A program made the position numbers and the translations under genes. Under the pieces are notes generated by a model, which did no database searches, was not told where the DNA came from, and saw only the letters and a list, made by a program, of their open reading frames with translations. Of a stretch of DNA of 64,000 nucleotides, positions 58,181-64,000 are shown piece after piece; the stretch's first letter is position 1; each line of letters begins with the position of its first letter. Origin of the DNA: Amoebophrya sp. A120 (taxonomy: Eukaryota; Protista; Dinoflagellata); NCBI GenBank assembly GCA_905178155.1, contig CAJINV010000002.1, forward strand, positions 5,932,476-5,996,475, read 5' to 3'.

Positions 58181-59032
58181 TCAAAACCCTGCTGCCACGA
58201 GGTACTTTTTGATTTTGTCGTCCAAATCACTATTCTTCGCCAGATTGCTCAGCTCCAGCTGTTTCCCCCGCTTTTTGAGGATTTTGGGCTTTATCGCTTT
58301 CAATTCCTCGGACGAAAAGACACTTTTTTTCAATTCCTGCAACAGAGAATTCGCGTCGCCCCAGATTTTCGAAATCTTCAACCGGTACCCCTGCGTCGCG
58401 TAGCTGGCGCCGGTGAAGAGCGGCATCTGCTCGGCATAGACCGGGAGATTCCCGGACGGCGTGCGCCGAACCAGGTAGGGCAGACGGGAAGACGAAGAGC
58501 TGGTGCAAGATTGGTGTCGCCCTTCAGAGTCGTGCTGTTGCTGTGAGTCCGAGCGGATGTTGTGGCTCGATGGCGATGAGTTGCTGGTGGCCGACTGTGC
58601 CTTTTTGTTCCGATTTTCTTCGTAGTTCGTGAAAGTGTGAGAAGCGCTTGTGGTCGTCGTGCCAGGATTCGCGGTCGAGGAGGTATTAGTTTTGCCGCTA
58701 GTTGGTGTTGCAGCTCTATTTCCGATTCCGATGTCATTGTGCAAATGTGCGGGAATTTTCTCTTTCCGGTACTTGATCTGTAAAACGCCACGTGTTTGTT
58801 GGAAACAAAATCGCTGCGTGCTGCCTAGTACGGTCGTTTGTTCAACGAGATTTGATATGTTGGCTCTGTGTCCCGGTTCGAACGGCTGGTCGCACAATCT
58901 TCGGCCAAATGTAAGGTGAGGGAGACTTGAACTGGATGACTGCGAATGAAAGGAAGTAGAGGCATGCGCGCACGCTTCTAGGAGGTTCTTTGGTCGTGCT
59001 GATGAAAAGGTTAGGAAACTACGTTGCTTCAT
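58181..59032 (-). CDS. MRPL49: Mitochondrial ribosomal protein L49/Img2-like
   Basis: C-terminal YLVRRTPSGNLPVY...KISKIWGD...IKKYLVAAGF. The N-terminus is S/R-rich, like a transit peptide. Confidence 0.8.
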   Translation of the reverse strand: MKQRSFLTFSSARPKNLLEACAHASTSFHSQSSSSSLPHLTFGRRLCDQPFEPGHRANISNLVEQTTVLGSTQRFCFQQTRGVLQIKYRKEKIPAHLHNDIGIGNRAATPTSGKTNTSSTANPGTTTTSASHTFTNYEENRNKKAQSATSNSSPSSHNIRSDSQQQHDSEGRHQSCTSSSSSRLPYLVRRTPSGNLPVYAEQMPLFTGASYATQGYRLKISKIWGDANSLLQELKKSVFSSEELKAIKPKILKKRGKQLELSNLAKNSDLDDKIKKYLVAAGF

Positions 59033-60827
59033 GTTCGTTGCGCTTCTTTCTTATCATGGGATATACTCCTATGACGTTGTGCGGACTTCTTATGTACTTT
59101 GGTGCCCTCATCATGATCGGCACAAACTGGACCGAACATTTTGCATTTTCTGGACCACTACAACTCGAGTCCCCCGTCATCCGAAGTCTTCTAGTTACGG
59201 CTACTCTACTACACCAACACCATCACGGCGACCTGTTTTTCGTGAGACAGGTTGGCAGCGGGCGGGGAGGTAAAGCTGGTCCCTTGCCGCCATGGCTTCA
59301 TGGAAGTTCTCAGCCCCCACGCGCTGCTGGGCGATCACCTTGGCGGCATTTCGCTTGAAATTTTCGCCGTCCCCTGGGACGGCGACCATCCAGCGCGACG
59401 ATAGTGAGAGCGGTAGCGCCCAAGGGAGTGGCCTCATGCCAAAGCTGGCAAGCGGAGACAATGCGGGCGCCGCAGAGAATCTGCATCAGGCAAAGGGCTG
59501 CTTCAAGGAGGAGGGGCGCCCCGCTGGCCATTCCAGGGCTTGCTACGCCCAAAGTGTGGGGCCCAATCCGTCAACAGGCTAGGCACACCCACCCCGCGCA
59601 GGGTCGGTGGCGCGCAACTACGCAACCAAGGGCGGGGCCGGGAAAGGGCGGCCGGGGGGCGCCGCCATCGCATCCCGACACAAGAATCCGCTCCGAGCAA
59701 GCTGGCTCGCGCGGAGGGCCGGCGCCGGCCGGCCGAAGGGAGGCAGTGGCGCGCCCTGCTTCAGGCGCCTGCTGCCGCTCCCGGCGCGTCTAATTCATTG
59801 CCGCCCGCCGACCTCCGGGCGCGGTTCCTTGTCCCATGCGGCTACGTTGGTCCTGTCGCTTGCATTTGGCGGGGTGCGTGCTTTCGATGACCCGGCGCCA
59901 CACGTGCCACCCCCGCCATTTCTTGCGCCCCACCGACCGCCCCCACCCCGGGAGCATAAGCCAGGGCAGACGCTCCTTGGATAGATCCACCCACCCGGCC
60001 CGAAAGCGTATCCGTCACTCACGTCGCCGCGTAAGGCGTCACGGAAGTTGGGGCACCGCGTCAATGCTCCCTGCACCCACGAAAGCGCGACCGCCCTTGC
60101 ATTACCGCAGTCGACGCAAGTTCTCCACACGAAAGGGCCACAAACCCTGTAAAGTTTCCGCGCCCGCTGAGGTTGGGCAGCTCTCTCGGCGCCTGCCACC
60201 GACTCGCAACACCATGCCCCGCAAAGGCGCGCCAGGCGCAAAACGCTCGGCCTCCTTCTGTGTCTCCTCGATCACCTGGCAGCATTGCTCCCAGGCGCGC
60301 GCGGCATCTGCCCCGGTGGCGAAGATTCGGGGCGCCCCGCGAAGTGCTCTGCTTCAAAAACGCCGGGCAAGCCGGTGGCACGCAGCGCGCTGCCCTGCTT
60401 CTGGAACAGTTGCGACGCCCGCTCTGCTTGTTGGCTACAATACCACGCGATCAATCGCCAGGCCAGCGAATGATGTTGCAGCCGAGTTACAAACTACAAA
60501 CGCAAGGTCTATGAAATGGCACTGGCAGCAGGACGAGAACACTCTCCATGGATGGATGCAGGGCGAAAAACAAAAATTACAGGGCGTCCGTCTCTGTCGA
60601 GAGTTTACTTACTTGAAGATATCTGGCGTCGTTGCTACACCTTGTTTCCATGCAGGTCAAGTGTCGGAATCGATCATGAACATGATTCCTATCCAGTCAG
60701 CAACTTTGATTCGGTGTACAACCGGCGGCGGGTGAAGGGGTTCTTGGCTTTTCTTTCAATTTCACACTCACGTCCCGCAACATCCAAATCTATGCATCAA
60801 GACACCAATACATAGTGATCGATGTTC

Positions 60828-61487
60828 TCACGTCCCCAACGGCCTTAACGCAGCTGGTATTTCAAATCCAAACACGGTATTTTCCTCGTTTTCCAGCTTT
60901 TTCGCGTCTGCCACGGCCGCGAGTATGGAATCAATCGAGGTTTCTAACACCATTCCCGCCATGACGATCTCGTCCAGAATGTAATTTACCCGGTCGAAAT
61001 GGTAAATCAAATCCAGCTCGCAAACGTTCTCGAAGCACGTGTCCAGCACTTGGACGAAGACCTGAGAATTTGGAAGTTTTAGTTTATTCTCAGATAAAAT
61101 TGTATGCAATCATCAAACTCTAACTCTAACTCATGTCTCAGGCACATTCTCAAACTTTCTTCGATGAAAGTGATGAGGTGGATCGCTCGTTTCTCAACAA
61201 GATTGCCCTGCTACACATACCTGCAACAAGTCCAGCACACCGAGCTCTGACTCCGCGTCGTCGATGAGGAAAATGAAGTACAGTGTCGCGTAGTGTCGGT
61301 ACACGATCTTGAACGACGGGTCATCGGGATCGTGGGCGAAACAGCAACACAGATCGTCACTCCGTTTTGACACGATGCCGTGCACGGTCTTCAGGATCTG
61401 CTTCTGCACGTCAAGGGGCGTGTCGACGTAGAAGCGGGTTAGCCGAGGCTTCCCCTGGTTGTTCACTATTATCACCGATTTTATCAT
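60828..61487 (-). CDS. AP3S: Adaptor protein complex small (sigma) subunit, most like AP-3 sigma
   Basis: MIKSVIIVNNQGKPRLTRFY, IVYRHYATLYF, ESELGVLDLLQ|VFVQVLDTCFENVCELDLIYH, GMVLET. GT-AG intron 61062-61220. Confidence 0.9.
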
Positions 61488-62246
61488 GATAGTGCTGTTG
61501 GTATAATTGCTGTTGGTCTTGGTGATACTCTGGCAGCAGCTCGGGTTCTATCTTGTTACGCGAAGCTGTGGTTCTTTCAAACCTTCTGCAATTCGTCGCC
61601 CTGACTTACGGTAGGGGGCCAGGAAACGCAGACCACGGGCGGATAATGCTCATTTTTATTGTTCTGACATTAGGTATGTCTATGTGCGCTTCTTCGAAGG
61701 CATTATCACAGGAGGAACAGCACGCATCGGCGCGTCTACGTGTTTAAACAATCCTCATAGGTCCAGGTCGACGCAAAAGGAAACGGCAGTAATCCGCATC
61801 AGCATCACATATGAGGTTCTTGGTGCCCCGCACCAGGACAATTCAAGTACAGACGTGCGTGACCACGTCTCCAGCGCAGGCGAGTTGTGATATGCGTGTT
61901 CTTGTAGCCTACCAATTACATCTTCAGCTTTGTTGTTCGTTGAAGAAGGAAAAACGCAAAAATGGAATTCGATCTCGAAGTTTACGCCAGAGAACACCAG
62001 TTGTCCACGGACACGGTAAGGCAGCAGAGCGCTCCTGCGTAAAAAGTGACCGCACAAGCACAACGACTAGCACGAGGGATTTGCTATCACTAGGTGGCAT
62101 CATCGCAACATGGGGCTCACTACCATCCGCTACTCTTGGATTGCTGCACTCCTGCGTATTGTTGAACTTTACTCAGTAACACGAGCCTCAAAAGTATCCT
62201 ACAAAGTCGTGTTGTATATTGTAGATCACCATGAAATTATCCTTCC

Positions 62247-63787
62247 TCACAACTCTTCCCGCAGCGCTTTTCTCCACTTCCCCCTCCTAAACGTCGCGAC
62301 CACCAACCGGTCAATGTAGGGTTTGGAAATTTCGAATTTTTCCACTTCGAACCAGCTGGATTCCTCGAGGTACTCGCGGAAGTCGGCAAGCCGCTCCTTG
62401 TGCCGCAGCATGTTGTCCACGATCACTTTGCTGTTGTCCTTGAGAATATCTTTTTCCACCAAAATTTGCAAATCCGACAGAAACCGCTCAGGCGGGTCGT
62501 GGTCGAAGATGACCAAGTCGAAGCCGGAGTTGTCAATGTGCGAGTGGATCGCCGGGGCGATGTTCTCAAACTCCTCCGGGTCGGTCAGGTCGAAGGTCAA
62601 CGGATTGTAGTGGATCAGATCCTCGGAAGATTTGGAGCGCTTTTTTGACGCCGGTGATTGTGCTTGCAGGCAGGGCTGTAGCTGCTTGGTTGTCGATGAC
62701 GTGCCTTGCGCGGGAAGCTCGGCGAAAGCTGGAAGCGGACTGTTGTTTCGATGATTGAAGGTTTTGCGTACTTAAACGACAGGGTTGAGTAAGAATTTCA
62801 ATTCTTTCCCTCTTCATCTTCTGCTCGTCAAAAATCGCTGCGCATTTGCATTTCACTATGTGAAAAAAATGAAGATCATCAAAAATCCTCTTACCCGTTC
62901 GTGTATCTCTGTAGCGCCTCGCGCACAAATTTCGTGCCTTCCGCTTGCCAACTCTGGTTGTCTTCCGTGGCGATGACGTTGATTTGCTCGGGCCATATCA
63001 CCTTCGGCTGTTCGCCGATCGACTGCAAGATTTTCGCTAACAACCGCAGCGTCCCATCCCCCAAGTGTGACCCGAATTCCAATATGTTGAAGTGCCAGCC
63101 CGCCTGATAACAGGTTTGTGGAATCATATTCATAGTACCCCGGGGGCCGCCGTGTCGCGACAATTTTTCCGGGTCCTCTCGATGTCCTGCAGCGGTGCTG
63201 GCAAAAACATCGCTTTCGGCATTGCCTGTGCCAGCCTCCTTTACCACAGCTAGCATCTCTTGCTGAACCTCCGAAAACCGGTCGAAGCTCGTTCTTTCCA
63301 AGACCTTTCCCTTCTGATCCCCCAAAGTCAGCCCGATCCGCATTCTCCTGCACTCCGCCTCCATAGCGTTCACGAAGACACTAATGGCGGTGGCAGGGGT
63401 CGTTCGGGAAGTAGAAGAGATGGTTTGTAAGCTGTTTTTGACGGAATGATGAACGATGCCGTGCGCATCGCCAAACTTGTACGCGTCAAATGTTGGGTCG
63501 GCGTCGGGGTCGGGAAAGTGCTCATGCACCTCATCGATTCCGCCAAGCGAAACGCGGTTTTTGGACTTGCCTACCTTGGCCGTCGTGGAGGACGCGGAGG
63601 GAACAGGCTGGGCAAGAGCGCTGGAAGAAGGGCTTGTGCTTATGTTGGTGAGTAGAACAAACGAGGAGATGCTGCGAAAGCCGAAGGTCAAATGTCGTGG
63701 AGATGAAAGAACACTGCGGCCAAGATGACACCGTGGTGTTGGGCGACGTTGCTCCAGTGATGTGCGACACGAAAGAAAGGCGGTCAT
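62247..63787 (-). CDS. Catechol O-methyltransferase-like SAM-dependent methyltransferase
   Basis: Motifs LGDQKGKVL, ILEFGSHLGDGTLRL, FDLVIFDHD and VIVDN. GT-AG intron 62740-62894. Confidence 0.7.
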
Positions 63788-64000
63788 CGTCCTAGTCGGT
63801 ACGTACGTGTATGTTGTTGGTCATGGAAAGAAAAAATCGCGTTGCCACCAGAACCGCTCGACAAGAGGAACCGGGCAAGCCGGGACGCGTATCCAGTGGG
63901 GCGCGGCCGGTGCCTGTTAGTTGGACTAACAGCGTATTTGTAGGAGCGGAGCACGTGGTTAGCAAATCGAACTTCCGTTCTTGGTGTAGAGTGCGAACCG

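Noticed and set aside
59836-60735. 299-aa plus-strand ORF
   Set aside because: R/P/A-rich composition typical of a GC-rich shadow ORF, with no domain.

Overview
Eukaryotic genomic DNA. Gene architecture points to a syndinian dinoflagellate such as Amoebophrya; this is inferred, not a database result. About 12 protein genes are present, all on the minus strand: a ~3,930-aa coiled-coil/TPR protein, an eIF2-alpha-kinase-like kinase, a RING protein, sphingosine kinase, phosphoserine aminotransferase, MRPL49/Img2, AP-3 sigma, a COMT-like methyltransferase and several hypotheticals. Genes carry ordinary GT-AG introns plus 29 non-canonical introner elements of at least 6 terminal-inverted-repeat (TIR) families. 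These elements almost all end in TAT...ATA, have a 5-bp target-site duplication (TSD), and restore the reading frame when the element plus one TSD copy is removed. The most unusual feature is an array at 45.0-50.5 kb: six copies of a ~75-80-bp structured direct repeat separate five different 0.8-1.2-kb cassettes, resembling an integron or CRISPR array. Gene models were spliced by hand, so junctions within TSDs are ambiguous by up to 5 nt.
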